Shown piece by piece: positions 48,837-60,341 of a DNA stretch of 64,000 bases. Position 1 is the first letter of the stretch. The number at the start of each line of letters is the position of its first letter. Origin of the DNA: Picochlorum sp. SENEW3 (taxonomy: Eukaryota); contig CP120454.1 in assembly GCA_034226945.1 (NCBI GenBank), positions 372,001-436,000 of the forward strand, given 5' to 3'. The position numbers were made by a program, and so were the translations under genes. The notes under the pieces were generated by a model. That model saw nothing but the letters and a program-made list of their open reading frames with translations. It ran no database searches and was not told where the DNA came from.

Positions 48837-50747
48837 TTAGAGAATTCCAGTGCTGCCACAGCAACTTGGTGGTTCCATGAACCTCACATCAACCTCTGCT
48901 GCGGGGTCGACAGCTGCTGTAGCTCCTCCAGATGTAATAGAACCTGCCTTTTCACCAATATGGCCCATGAGAAGGGCACCTACCATGTATCCAAAGACAA
49001 CAGCAGCAATGATGCCAATGTTGAATGTCATGACAATGAGCATGAGCATGTAATCCAAAAATACAACAATACCAGAGAATGCAGAGCGGACAATATTCCT
49101 CTTGAATTGGGCCTTTGTAAACTTGCACCAACCAAACAACTCATCGAATGCTCTCACACCAAAGTTTTTGACACGTTGGCCAGTTGTTTCTGTCGTGTCT
49201 TTTGATGAGCTACCTCCACAACCCTCTCCGCTGCTATTTCCTGCACCGATTGGGTCTCTTTCATCATCGGATTTCTGATCTTCCAAGCGTCCACCGCACG
49301 CAATATTGCGGCAAGGCAAAATTGGGCGCTTGGAAGCCCACGTGAGCTCTTGCTGGATCCTGAAAGCTTTCAACCACTGAACCAAAACTGCTCCGAAGAA
49401 ACAGGCAACGAGGGTTCCAAAGTAATATCCTCCATTTGTTGGTACCCACTCTTTAATTAAAACAATGTCTCGAATACCAGTGTGGAGCCACATTCTCATT
49501 GGTGGCAAGCCCTGCTCCTCCCCAGTTCCGCAAAGCTGAGAGAAATCATCTCCTGTTGATGTGCACATGGTAAAGAATTTCGAGCATCCTGCCATATACG
49601 GCATTCCCAAGCATATTTCTGATAATGAATCCAATGGATGTGGGCAATTGCTGATGGATGTACATTTTTCACATCCAACCATGCTATGGTCAGAGCAAAG
49701 AGAGATGACAGTATTGGTAGCTTCCTCTGTGCTTGGGGCAGATGGAATTGGCTTTTCTGTTGAGCACTGCGCCACAACAGATCCTGGTGAGAAGCAAAGA
49801 CTGTTGTAATTGGAGCAGTCTCTCATGGAACTCATCTCCTCACAGATTGTTCCCAAAAGGCTGAAGGGCGAACACCAATCACCCTCTGCAGTCCCATTTG
49901 TGCATGCTGTTCTGAAGGAGCAACCAACCATATTTGGCATCGAAATGCATAAATTTTCCAAGTCTTCCTGCACGATTGATTCTGGCATGACGTAATCGGC
50001 ACAAGAAGCCTGTGTTGGATCTGAAATGCAGGAGTCATTGGAACTGGCAGTGTTGGTATTCTCCATATCACCCATGTCAGCAGCACTTGGTGAAGGCTTT
50101 CCAGTACAAAGGCTGCTAAATGCACTCTCTTCTGCTGTGACCTTACAGAAGTCAACCCAAACTTCGCAACCTGTCATCCACATTCCCAAGCAGACTGTCG
50201 AAATAGACTGCAATGGATTGGGGCACTGTTGCCTAATGACCAACTCTGTCGAATCTTTTGGTACATCTTTGCATGTTTCACAGCCCACCATATCTGGCAT
50301 CGCGTTACACATGTTGATGGTTGCCTGATAAATGGTGTCTACAGATGGAATCCCCTCAATCACAGAACTCTCCTTGCAGGCTGGAACATTCGTGCCATCA
50401 GAACAAAGCCTCTGATATTTTGTGCATTCTTGATTGGAATCAATTTCACTACACGTTGTTAAAAGCAAACTCAATGGATCGCACATACTATCCGTCTGTG
50501 AGACTGTCTTGCAAGCAGCAGCCATAGAACAACCTGTTGGCCATCCTGATTGGGACACACCCAAGCTCTCCTCCTTGCATATGGCATCCAAACTTTGCGT
50601 GACTTGATCTTGAGACACTTCAAAGGTAGAACAAGCGTCACTCGATGGATCCGTGAAGCACTCTTCCTGAGCACGTCCAGACCCAACTAGCAAGAGCAAA
50701 ACCGCAACAAAAATTAGACCTTTGCTCTTATCGGTATACATTTTCAT
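48837..50747 (-). CDS. CTR-type copper transporter with a large Cys/Met-rich ectodomain (like Chlamydomonas CTR1/2)
   Basis: Signal peptide, repeated CxxMxxMxGC motifs, MRMWLH...W, TM2 MLIVM (MxxxM), TM3 GYMVG. Confidence 0.9.
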   Translation of the reverse strand: MKMYTDKSKGLIFVAVLLLLVGSGRAQEECFTDPSSDACSTFEVSQDQVTQSLDAICKEESLGVSQSGWPTGCSMAAACKTVSQTDSMCDPLSLLLTTCSEIDSNQECTKYQRLCSDGTNVPACKESSVIEGIPSVDTIYQATINMCNAMPDMVGCETCKDVPKDSTELVIRQQCPNPLQSISTVCLGMWMTGCEVWVDFCKVTAEESAFSSLCTGKPSPSAADMGDMENTNTASSNDSCISDPTQASCADYVMPESIVQEDLENLCISMPNMVGCSFRTACTNGTAEGDWCSPFSLLGTICEEMSSMRDCSNYNSLCFSPGSVVAQCSTEKPIPSAPSTEEATNTVISLCSDHSMVGCEKCTSISNCPHPLDSLSEICLGMPYMAGCSKFFTMCTSTGDDFSQLCGTGEEQGLPPMRMWLHTGIRDIVLIKEWVPTNGGYYFGTLVACFFGAVLVQWLKAFRIQQELTWASKRPILPCRNIACGGRLEDQKSDDERDPIGAGNSSGEGCGGSSSKDTTETTGQRVKNFGVRAFDELFGWCKFTKAQFKRNIVRSAFSGIVVFLDYMLMLIVMTFNIGIIAAVVFGYMVGALLMGHIGEKAGSITSGGATAAVDPAAEVDVRFMEPPSCCGSTGIL

Positions 50748-51224
50748 GGATATAATAGGATTTTTAATATTAATATAAACTCAAAATTCGTTTGTTGCTA
50801 TCAATGTATCACTTTTCCAGCCGTTGCTGCGAGGTCAAGGGATGCTCCAGCTCTGTAAGGTGGTATCCTAACTTTTGACCTGTTGCTTCCACCCAATAAG
50901 TTGTAAAAGTATATTTTGAATGAATAAAAAGTGACAATTCCCAGTGCAGACACCACTGATATCCTGCGATTGGATGACGATCTCGTCACGTATAGCGCAA
51001 TCCAAATATACTTTAAGTTTTATTTACGAATCTCGCCCTTTTCAGATTGATACCATGATCCGGTCAAATGATAATTTGAAAGCGACCATAAAAGCATTTC
51101 TTGATGTCGAGATATTTTTGATTCTAAGGCGATAAGGCGATCTTTTCGAATGGGAGACTCAAGATGACTTTAACATGATGTAGAGAGTATCTGAATGGGT
51201 CAGGAGTAGAGCAAAGTCGTTGGA

Positions 51225-51980
51225 ATGCGCCAGCAGGCTGTCAGAGGAGTTGTTCGAGTGAACCACTCTTGCCACTCCGTGGGATTTAGGCGTCCTTATG
51301 ATGCTGTATTTTCATATAGAAGTAGGTTTTATCAGGTTATGGCGTCTGGAAAGAGTCATCAGCACAGCGCTGAAATCTCGAGGACCTATACCCTGCCTCA
51401 AGAAGAGTTTTATGTAAACGAAATAGAGGTGAAGAAAAGTAAATTTGTGGCGACCGCGTGGCATGTGGGATCTGCCGAGGAAGCAATGGCATTGATTGAT
51501 CGATCGAGGGATGTTAGTGCGTCTCACAATTGTTTCGCGTATAGGATTGGAGGCGATTGCAGGGCATCTGATGATGGTGAGCCATCAAATACAGCAGGGT
51601 CCCCGATTTTGAGGGTTATCGAAGGCATGAATTTAGATAATGTGGCAGTTATGGTAACCAGATATTTTGGAGGAACAAAATTAGGAACTGGTGGACTCGT
51701 GCGAGCGTACAGTAGCGCAGCAAGGGAGTTGTTACAGCAAACTCCATTTGTAGAGTGCAAGCATGTGGTAGAAGTGACGGTAAAAGTCCCCGTGGATGCG
51801 ATAGGAATAGCTTTTAGTGTTCTAGATTCTTTAGGGGCAGTTAAAAAAAATGAAATCTTCGACGAGTCGGGTGGTAATACGTTCAACATAACATTCGCAG
51901 TTGATGCAGAGAAGGAAAACGATGCCCTGCAACAACTGAAAAATGGGAGCCGTGGTAGAATAGTTCTTGTCTCTGAATAA
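51225..51980 (+). CDS. IMPACT/YigZ (UPF0029) family protein
   Basis: EVKKSKF, ASHNCFAY, SDDGEPSNTAGSPIL, VTRYFGGTKLGTGGLVRAY. Confidence 0.93.
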   Translation: MRQQAVRGVVRVNHSCHSVGFRRPYDAVFSYRSRFYQVMASGKSHQHSAEISRTYTLPQEEFYVNEIEVKKSKFVATAWHVGSAEEAMALIDRSRDVSASHNCFAYRIGGDCRASDDGEPSNTAGSPILRVIEGMNLDNVAVMVTRYFGGTKLGTGGLVRAYSSAARELLQQTPFVECKHVVEVTVKVPVDAIGIAFSVLDSLGAVKKNEIFDESGGNTFNITFAVDAEKENDALQQLKNGSRGRIVLVSE

Positions 51981-52077
51981 ACACTCTTTACAATAGTACG
52001 ATTGGAAATGGGTTTTGCATGTAATGATGCATAGTGCAGTGAACGTTACGTTAGCATGTGTGCATGCGGCGCATTGA

Positions 52078-54060
52078 TCACTGGCCAAGATGAGCTTTGA
52101 TTGCCTCTGTGGCAAGCTGGGCTTCAGTTTTTCCAGTCTTCTCTGCGGCAGATTTCAGCAAATCAGCAGCATCTGTAGATATTCCGATTTGTGGAAGATT
52201 TTTCATTTCACTTTGTGGAATATACGAGTCTTGCTGCTCCTTCAGGGCATCAAAGCCGACTCTGCCACAGAAATCACCAAATGATTCACCCACACGCCTT
52301 TGTGACTTGAAGAGAGCGAAAATTGGTTCAAAGAATGACTCAAAATCGCTTAGCTTGACACGGTCTTGATAACGCTCTGCCAGGCGTGCTCCACTAGGAC
52401 TTCCCCCGAGCCAAATCTGATATGAGTTGGGCCCATCTCCAACAAATCCTAGTTCGGCATTATATGGTCTTGCACAGCCATTTGGGCATCCAGTCATCCG
52501 AATGACAAATTTCTCATCTTTATCCATTCCAAGATTCTCCAAAACATTACGAATGCGACTGATAACGTCTGGAAGGCCTCGCTCGGCTTCAGCAATTGCC
52601 AATCCACAGAGTGGCAATGCCGGGCATGCCATGGAACCAGCTTCCAAGGGGTCCCAGTCTTGGACGTCCTTTATACCCGCAGCAGACAATGATGAAATGA
52701 TATCATCCTTCCAAGCTGAGGATATATTTCGCAGAATGAGATTCTGATTAGCAGTGATGCTCACTGGAATTTCATATCTCTCAATCACAGCTCTGAGTGT
52801 CTTCTTTGCTTCACCCTTCAGTCGTCCATTCTGGACATAGATTCCATATGCCAACTTTCCATCTCCTTGGTCCATCCAGCCTAAATAGTCTTTAAATTCC
52901 CAAGCAGGCAGTGGTTGGAATGGCTCCATCTTCTTCCCGTAGTACTGCTCCGTCACCTGGCGGAACTTGTCCACTCCCCAGTCGTGAATCAAATATTTCA
53001 AGCGGGCCTGCTTCCTGTCATCTCTGCGACCGTAATCACGCTGCACCGCGACAATCGCCTTGACAATATGGAAAATATCATCAGCGGGCACAAACCCTAA
53101 AGGATCTGCCAGTCTCGGGAAGGTCGTTGCCTTTCCATGAGAACGACCCATGCCTCCCCCAACGAGCACGTTGAATCCCTGCAACTTGCCTTCGGCATCA
53201 GTCATCACCACCAAGGCCAAATCATTTGTCAGAGCATCCACCGAGTTATCTCCAGGAACTGTCACAGCAACCTTGAACTTACGGGGCAGGAACAAATTGC
53301 CATAAATTGGCTCTGGAGAACCCTCAAAATTTGTTCCAAAACCATTGAATGCCCTATCAGCTGTCACTTTGGGATCCTCCATCTCATGGGAAAAGAATTT
53401 CTCACCATCCAACCAAACATCGTAATACGCTCCACTCTGAGGTGCCAGCAGATCAGCAACGTCATTCGCATATTTTTGCGCCAATAGATACTCTGGCTTG
53501 TCAGAAAACACCTCTGGTGGAGCCATGACATTTCTGTTCACATCCCCACAAGCACCGAGGGTGCTTCCCATGGCCTTAATGACCGAAGAAAACACAGTCT
53601 TCAAATCCTGCTTCAAAACCCCGTGCAACTGGAAGGTCTGGCGAGTTGTCAAGCGCAGCGTTCCATTGCCATACAAATCCGCCAACTCATCCATGACAAG
53701 GTACAATTGATTGGTCACGGAACCCGCAGGCTGCCTCGTTCGCATCATAAATTGATACGCCTTACCAGCCCCAAATGTCCTCTTCTCTCTGTCATCCTGC
53801 TGATACGAACCGTGGAATTTCATGAGCTGCACCGCCTCTTCGCTAATACTTGTCTCCTCAGTCACCAGCTCTTGCATAAGAGGGTGCCTCAGAAAGTCCG
53901 ACTTCTCCTTTATTAATTCTACTTTGGATCGTTTAGGTCCCCTTGAGGATGGAGGGCGAGACGGTGTTGCAACACATACAATTTTACCGCCTGTAAAGCG
54001 ACTATGCGCCGCAACAGAACGTGTACCCACATGCCTCTTCATTTTTATATGCGAATGCAT
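52078..54060 (-). CDS. SIR: Ferredoxin-dependent sulfite reductase, plastid
   Basis: [48 protein letters not shown] siroheme/4Fe-4S ligands. Confidence 0.96.
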   Translation of the reverse strand: MHSHIKMKRHVGTRSVAAHSRFTGGKIVCVATPSRPPSSRGPKRSKVELIKEKSDFLRHPLMQELVTEETSISEEAVQLMKFHGSYQQDDREKRTFGAGKAYQFMMRTRQPAGSVTNQLYLVMDELADLYGNGTLRLTTRQTFQLHGVLKQDLKTVFSSVIKAMGSTLGACGDVNRNVMAPPEVFSDKPEYLLAQKYANDVADLLAPQSGAYYDVWLDGEKFFSHEMEDPKVTADRAFNGFGTNFEGSPEPIYGNLFLPRKFKVAVTVPGDNSVDALTNDLALVVMTDAEGKLQGFNVLVGGGMGRSHGKATTFPRLADPLGFVPADDIFHIVKAIVAVQRDYGRRDDRKQARLKYLIHDWGVDKFRQVTEQYYGKKMEPFQPLPAWEFKDYLGWMDQGDGKLAYGIYVQNGRLKGEAKKTLRAVIERYEIPVSITANQNLILRNISSAWKDDIISSLSAAGIKDVQDWDPLEAGSMACPALPLCGLAIAEAERGLPDVISRIRNVLENLGMDKDEKFVIRMTGCPNGCARPYNAELGFVGDGPNSYQIWLGGSPSGARLAERYQDRVKLSDFESFFEPIFALFKSQRRVGESFGDFCGRVGFDALKEQQDSYIPQSEMKNLPQIGISTDAADLLKSAAEKTGKTEAQLATEAIKAHLGQ

Positions 54061-54469
54061 TTTTGCTGCTCAAATATGACTTTGACGACTGCGTTTGATT
54101 GCAGATATCATCCACTCTCATAGAGCATGGCAATCCATCGAAGAATTTCAACCATTACGGTCAATGGTGTGTCTCGATGGGATTCCTCTGCAACGAATTG
54201 TCAACGACTCAGCATCCGGTTCATGTCCCAGAGTATTCTCAGATATCATGGTATATGAATACCAGTATTCATTATTAGTGGATAAATAATGGTCTCGAGA
54301 GTGACTGATAGTCATTAGTGATGGTTGGTGTCATGGGCACCTCAACAAGCTGGTGACGATCTGGTAGGTTTCAGGTACACGAAAACTTGGGTGCTGGGTC
54401 AATCACGTCGAATACACACATGCTTTCTATTATTTATATTAGATAACTTTATATTGACTCTCAAATCAT

Positions 54470-55342
54470 ATGGGTATCCGTTTTTTTCGGCGGAAGGGAA
54501 AGAGGTTGGAAACCTGTCAAACTGCTGGTCAACAGCTAGGCGATGACCCAAGGGGAGGCAAAAGACGTGGTAAAGGAAGGAATGGAGGCTCATCGATCGA
54601 TAATGGGTTGATTCGAGCCGTTTGTATGGATAGATGTGCGGCTGGGGGTCGGCATTCTCAAAACATGGGCAAGGTGTTTGTTGCTCCTTGGTCCTATTCC
54701 CGCAAAGAGATCCAGGAGAAGATGGACAAGTACAGGGCAGAGAACTCGCGAATTCATTCCCGCCAGATAGTGCCAGGAGATTTGATGCTTGGTGATACGG
54801 AAGGGTTGTGGGGGACAAGGTTTCATATGGATGATGTTGAGGTTAGAAAGGAACATCAAAGGAAATTGGGTCTCTCTGAGCGGGAAGAAGCACGTTTGGA
54901 AAGGATCTTGTACACACAAAATGATGAATCCTCTCTCATTCGTGTCCTGGGCAGATCAAGGCATCGGTGTAGGAAGAGCATGGGTGCTGAGCGATGGAAG
55001 GAGTTTATGAGCAGAGAAAATAAGTCATTGAAGGAGCACGTATCCATGCTGGAAAATAAATGGGGTAGGCGCTTTGTCGATTCTTGTCGGAGATTTATAG
55101 CAGACACACCCTTGGTGAAGAGAAGGGAGTCTGAACCTCTGCAGCGTGCTCATGTGGATGTTATTCATCCACCCATAGAATCGCCTCACACATCTAGGTT
55201 AGAGACGAAAACTAATGAAGATAATCACGTACTAGGTAGCCTTAGGGAAAAGTACGACCTGAATATTGGTAAGGTAGTTTCAACGGTTGTCCAAAATGAT
55301 GACAGTTTTAGAATTCTAGCCCGCCCCACTTCTGCTGCGTAG
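54470..55342 (+). CDS. Hypothetical protein
   Basis: 290-aa uninterrupted ORF filling the space between neighbours; no motif recognised. Confidence 0.6.
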   Translation: MGIRFFRRKGKRLETCQTAGQQLGDDPRGGKRRGKGRNGGSSIDNGLIRAVCMDRCAAGGRHSQNMGKVFVAPWSYSRKEIQEKMDKYRAENSRIHSRQIVPGDLMLGDTEGLWGTRFHMDDVEVRKEHQRKLGLSEREEARLERILYTQNDESSLIRVLGRSRHRCRKSMGAERWKEFMSRENKSLKEHVSMLENKWGRRFVDSCRRFIADTPLVKRRESEPLQRAHVDVIHPPIESPHTSRLETKTNEDNHVLGSLREKYDLNIGKVVSTVVQNDDSFRILARPTSAA

Positions 55343-55396
55343 ACATTACTCAATTCTACATACATGGATTTTGATATATCATTCATATAGCGATAA

Positions 55397-56200
55397 TTAC
55401 TGTTCTGCATCCTTTGGTTTCCAATTCGAGGTATCATAATGTACCCAACCATCATCGTCCTGCTCACCAGAAGCATCAAACATTGAGTATGGCCCACAAG
55501 GCCATATTTCCGAGTTTGCAAAAAGAACTTCTCTCAAATAATCCCACTGATAGTCATTAGCACATTCTGGAAGACTATCAAGACCAGCAACGTTTTGGAA
55601 ATTGCCACAAGCATCTAAAACTGCATCAAGACAATACTCACTGAGCCCCCCTTTTGAGGCAAAAAGCGCGGACGCCCTACAGCCAGAATTCAATATTACT
55701 ACTCGTGTGAATGAAATGAGTTCAATATCTGTCAACGCACTCTTTATTCGTATTCGGTACACATTTGACACACGATGTAATCATTCTGGGCTTTGGCAGT
55801 TGATTTTGTTGAAGTAGATATGCCACGGTTTCTATGTAATTCGTGAAGCCAACAATCAGGTCTTTTTCCACTTCCATTCGCATGTCTGGAGGAAGGAAAT
55901 TGATCAAGTATACATCAGGATCGTGCATTGCTTGTGCCTCTGCACGAAAACAACAATAAGTTTTAGCTCAATAACCCCCCTCATCGTAGACGAAACCCAC
56001 CAGGCTCCATCCCCATTTACAACTCAAAACTAATTTTGCTCAAATCACATACCTGGGTACTCTGATAAGGATTCTCGTAGCAAATCTGCCGAAACATTTG
56101 CTGTTTCGAGCATGAGCAACCTGGTCCGTGGGCTCAGGCACCCTCCAATGCAAGCATGACACGAGCAAAATGACATAGTATCAATAGTTTTTAATCCCAT
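55397..56200 (-). CDS. Conserved-looking hypothetical protein, 3 exons
   Basis: Phase-consistent splicing: CSCHACIGGCLSPR / GFTNYIETVAYLL...P / GGLSEYCLDAV...LPECANDYQW. Confidence 0.7.
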
Positions 56201-56357
56201 GGTATCGTATACGGTCCTCGTGCATCAAATTCGTAACGACAGTTTGAACAAAGTAATTCGTTATTTTTTTGCATGCAGAGATGACAGCAAAGAATGCCGC
56301 CTACATTTGATGAAATGTGATACATTTAATATGATTGATGAATTGTAAAAGCTGAAT

Positions 56358-57653
56358 ATGGAGCATGTCCCAAAATCAAAGAAACAAAAGCTTGCTGGGC
56401 AGCACAGTGGCTGCATGTTCTACTTCGAGAAGAAAGGTCGGTACTGCTCTCTCTCCAAACATGCTGACAGTTTATACTGTGGTATTCACCGACCTCAGGT
56501 TTCAGGAGAGGAAGAAAGGGTTCAATGCCCGCATGGAAATCACACAGTGGCCAAGAGCTCTTTGGCAAAGCATGTGAAGATATGTCCAGACTATGTGAAG
56601 TTGAAGGAACTAGAGTCCAAGCCATATTTTGAGCGTGGATTCAATAAGGGATTGGACACAAAGGTAAATCTGCCACATGTAGAGGGAAAGAATACTTTAT
56701 CCAGGAGGAGATTTGCATCGATCCAGCTTATGGGAGAGAAAGGTTTTCAGGATTTGTTGGACAAAATAGAGCGTTTGCATAGTGATCTAGAATGCAGTTT
56801 GAGAGAAAAGAGCTATATCGAGCCGTCTAGTATGGGAGCAAGCAATATACCGGAAGGAGACCACCAACGACGGTCATTGATGAAGAAAAAGCATTCCAGT
56901 CAGCAGGATTCAATCATAGGCAATATGATGAAGTGGGGATTCTTAGACCATCCAAAAACTGTCAAATATATGGAATTTGGATCAGGAAAAGGATATTTGA
57001 CAGGTAGAATGATCGACTGTGTTCCAAGCGTGCAGGATGTGGTGTTGATTGACCGAACAAGTTTCAAACTGACAGTAGATCGAAATCTGAGGGATAAGAA
57101 TTTGCAGAGGGTTCGATGCGACATTGCCGATTTCAACCCATCAAAAGTTGAAAATCCATCCGCTTGGGTAGCCTATGGGAAGCATTTGTGCGGACCAGCG
57201 ACAGATATGACTATCCGTTGTGTTGCCAATCAAATGCACACTGATGGTTGCAAGCCCATGGGTTTGGCAATAGCATCCTGCTGCCATCATCTCACCTCAT
57301 GGGATCAATATGTTGGGCACGAATTTATGAATGAGCACGATATATCTCCCGAGGAATTCGAGTTGATGTGCTACATGTGTGCTTGGGCAACATGTGGGCA
57401 CTCCTCAAGCAAGAACACGCTGAAGCAACAGGATGACAATGACTGTATGAAGCACGAACATGGTCCTTGGCGTCCTCAAGCAACCATAGGCAGAGCACGA
57501 CGTATTGAGATAGGAACCAAATGTAAGGACCTGATAGACAGAGGCAGAATATTGTATTGCAGGCAAGTTTTAGAGTGGAATGCTGCAGATGTGACATTCG
57601 TAGATTCATCAATCTCATTAGAAAATAGACTCTTACTGGCCAAACGACCTTGA
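56358..57653 (+). CDS. TRM13: tRNA position-4 2'-O-methyltransferase TRM13
   Basis: N-terminal CCCH and CHHC zinc knuckles, EFGSGKGYL, KHLCGPATD, SCCHH, SLENRLL. Confidence 0.92.
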   Translation: MEHVPKSKKQKLAGQHSGCMFYFEKKGRYCSLSKHADSLYCGIHRPQVSGEEERVQCPHGNHTVAKSSLAKHVKICPDYVKLKELESKPYFERGFNKGLDTKVNLPHVEGKNTLSRRRFASIQLMGEKGFQDLLDKIERLHSDLECSLREKSYIEPSSMGASNIPEGDHQRRSLMKKKHSSQQDSIIGNMMKWGFLDHPKTVKYMEFGSGKGYLTGRMIDCVPSVQDVVLIDRTSFKLTVDRNLRDKNLQRVRCDIADFNPSKVENPSAWVAYGKHLCGPATDMTIRCVANQMHTDGCKPMGLAIASCCHHLTSWDQYVGHEFMNEHDISPEEFELMCYMCAWATCGHSSSKNTLKQQDDNDCMKHEHGPWRPQATIGRARRIEIGTKCKDLIDRGRILYCRQVLEWNAADVTFVDSSISLENRLLLAKRP

Positions 57654-57969
57654 ATGAATCTACTCTGTAAAGCCTTTTTGTTACAGTAATTGCAAAACCA
57701 AAAAAAATCATATCATTCTCGTCAAGAAAAAAATAAGGGGTTCTTTCCAGATCTCATGCGAATCATTTGACATCACATGGAAAAAATTTCATTAAAATAT
57801 TCCCCAATCCCATCATATCATACCCATCACAAGCAATACTACATATTGCCACCCAAATAATTCCAATCAAAGCACATGTAACATACGTTGTTTAAAACCA
57901 TTTCATGAGCGATCTCTTAATATACAAATGCGATCAAAAATAACCGCAGACAGAGATCACAACTTTTCC

Positions 57970-58419
57970 CTAGAAACAAGGAGAATGCCAGTTCCCCACG
58001 GCATTGTTATCCACTTGAGTACATGCAACACTACTCAAACTGCAAGCACTGTCACATCTACTCATAAATGCATTGTTGGCGGCAGCTTCTTTCTCCTGCT
58101 GCTCTTTTTCTTCCTTAAGCCTCAAGTGTTCTTCATATTCTCTGAAGAAATCAGCATTCTCTGATTCCAGGCGCTTCCAAACGATCTCGGTAACCTTTGG
58201 GTCTACTCCCATGAACGATAGACAATAACAGGTCTCTGGGCAGTCCTTACCGAGTTCAATGCAGTGTTCGATTAAAATATGCACCTATAATCAGATATGT
58301 ACCATTAGAACCACTCACACAGGCATGTTGGCAGAGAAACTTCGTACCTTCTCCACATCCTCCGTCGTGACCTTTTGTCCGAGCCCTGACGGAATAGTTG
58401 GCCTTTCCATTCCCTCCAT
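57970..58419 (-). CDS. Plant A_thal_3526 (TIGR01589)-family small protein
   Basis: Two exons; VHILIEHCIEL...VDPKVTEIVWKRLESENADFFREY matches the family pattern. Confidence 0.75.
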
Positions 58420-58823
58420 ATCGTATATCATTTCATTAACTGTCAGATTCCTGAGCGCTACCAAAATATTTTCAGATATTCGGGGACTACTCTCCGACCC
58501 GCCCACGCGAGGTCGAACATGCGGTCCACACATACAGTAGCCGTATAAAACCGAGACGTTTGAGTTTCAAAAGTTATGAATCATTCATAAATAGTAAATT
58601 AATTTACATGTGCTCTGATACAAGTCATACGTGTATGCAGCGACCGATAGCTTTGCTACCGAATCCGCGATTTTCCGACAGAATGGTCGCATTTTGGTGT
58701 ACACGTCTACCGTTCTCTTGAGCCCACCAAAGAGGTGCCTTGATGGGACGCATTGGCATAACGCAGATTGCTCTTGTTTGACCCTGGCAACTCCAGATGA
58801 CGTGAAACATGTGCAAAACACGC

Positions 58824-60264
58824 TCATATCCAGTCTCCTTCCTGAAATTTCAAAGGGAGATAGTGCTGTGACAGATATTGGAATCCAAAAGAAGACAAGG
58901 CCTGGATCTCTGCCTTGACCTTGGTGGTTACCATGATTTCGAGCTCTTTGACCCACAAAGGGTTTGACTTGACAAAATCTTCCTCGAGAAGCTTTCTGCC
59001 CGTTTTGATATCTTCATCTGTCATTGGAAGTCTACACTGCTGAGGAATATTGAATCGGTCGAGATCAGACGGCCTCACCCCCAGCCACTTGATATCTGGT
59101 GTGGTGAGGTTGCTGCTGTCATATGACATGTTCATGGAACCCTTCATGTAGACTGACAAGATTTTAAGCCCGTATGGATCCGAATCTACCAAAGCCAGCA
59201 CTGGTATTCTCAATGTATATCGAAGCTTTCGAAGGAAAAGGCGTGTTGCAACATCAGGTTGGCCTTTTGCTGTTATTATTATACATGGATATGTTTGGTA
59301 GAATCTATCCTCCGCCAAGCGCATAAAAGCTGCATCCTTCTCGACCAACAATATAAATTTTGCATTAGATTGGATATTTGTCACCTTGTCAATATTCGGT
59401 GGTATTGCCTTCCCTCCAACTCCCATTCTGCTACAGTCAATATCATCACCATCCTCTGTGAATTGAAGTTTTCCTACCACCACACCCTTTTCAGACGCGA
59501 CTACGTGAAGAGATGATCTAGTACACGTGAGCATGCAAGCGATATCATCCAGCACTGCATCAGAGTTGCCCTGGTCCTCAAACAGTTTCACATCTGTGTA
59601 AAAGAGATCACGCTTTGTGACATGAATTCTCTTCAAGCAGAGCTCGTGAACAAGCTGTAATATTCTGGTTGTTATCACAGTTTTTCTACAAGTCGATGTG
59701 TTTGCAAATTGTCTGTAGGACACTGAATCCTTGAGAACAATACGATCCAATTCTGCACAGAGAAAGAATGCTCAACTGACGTTCTGCCATCAAACAATGT
59801 GGGGTCACCAGTAAGCACTATAGAGACCCAACATACCTGGAACATATAGCTGATTTGCTTTAGAACGGTTCGGGAGAGCATACGTGAAGCCCTCCCCTTT
59901 GAGAATTGTATATGCAACCTGCAAAACTGAACTCTCTATTTCTCTCAGTATCGCGTCAGCGTCCTTATCCACCACTTCTCTACAGGAATGAGGCAAATTA
60001 AGATCTTTTAGAGACTTAATATACGTTGTCTGAGCTTTAACTGCACGTTCAAGCTCCTCAACCTTTTCGAGAATTTCCTGCGAGACAATAATTTGAATTT
60101 TGGTGACACAGTATCCTGGCTGATTGCGTACTTTAGATGCCATGTTCTACATACATATGGGTTTATATTCAAATAAACTCATGAGTTGGCCGCACCTTTG
60201 TTCCCTTGAGCTTCTTCTTGCTGATTCCCAAGGCATCCTTTGCACCCTTTTTTCGAGACGACAT
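58824..60264 (-). CDS. SPO11-3: DNA topoisomerase VI subunit A
   Basis: [25 protein letters not shown] (catalytic Tyr), LVEKDA, DSDPYG TOPRIM motif, KAEIQAL; three exons. Confidence 0.95.
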
Positions 60265-60341
60265 GGTTATCTTTGAATCAAATTTACTGAAATATTATGT
60301 CGTTACAGATTTGGATAATAGAAATTTGATGCGCTGACGGG

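Noticed and set aside
58824..60264. Meiotic SPO11-1/2, or a meiosis cluster with XRCC2 and SMC1
   Set aside because: The motifs match TOP6A/SPO11-3 and the genes are interspersed with unrelated loci.
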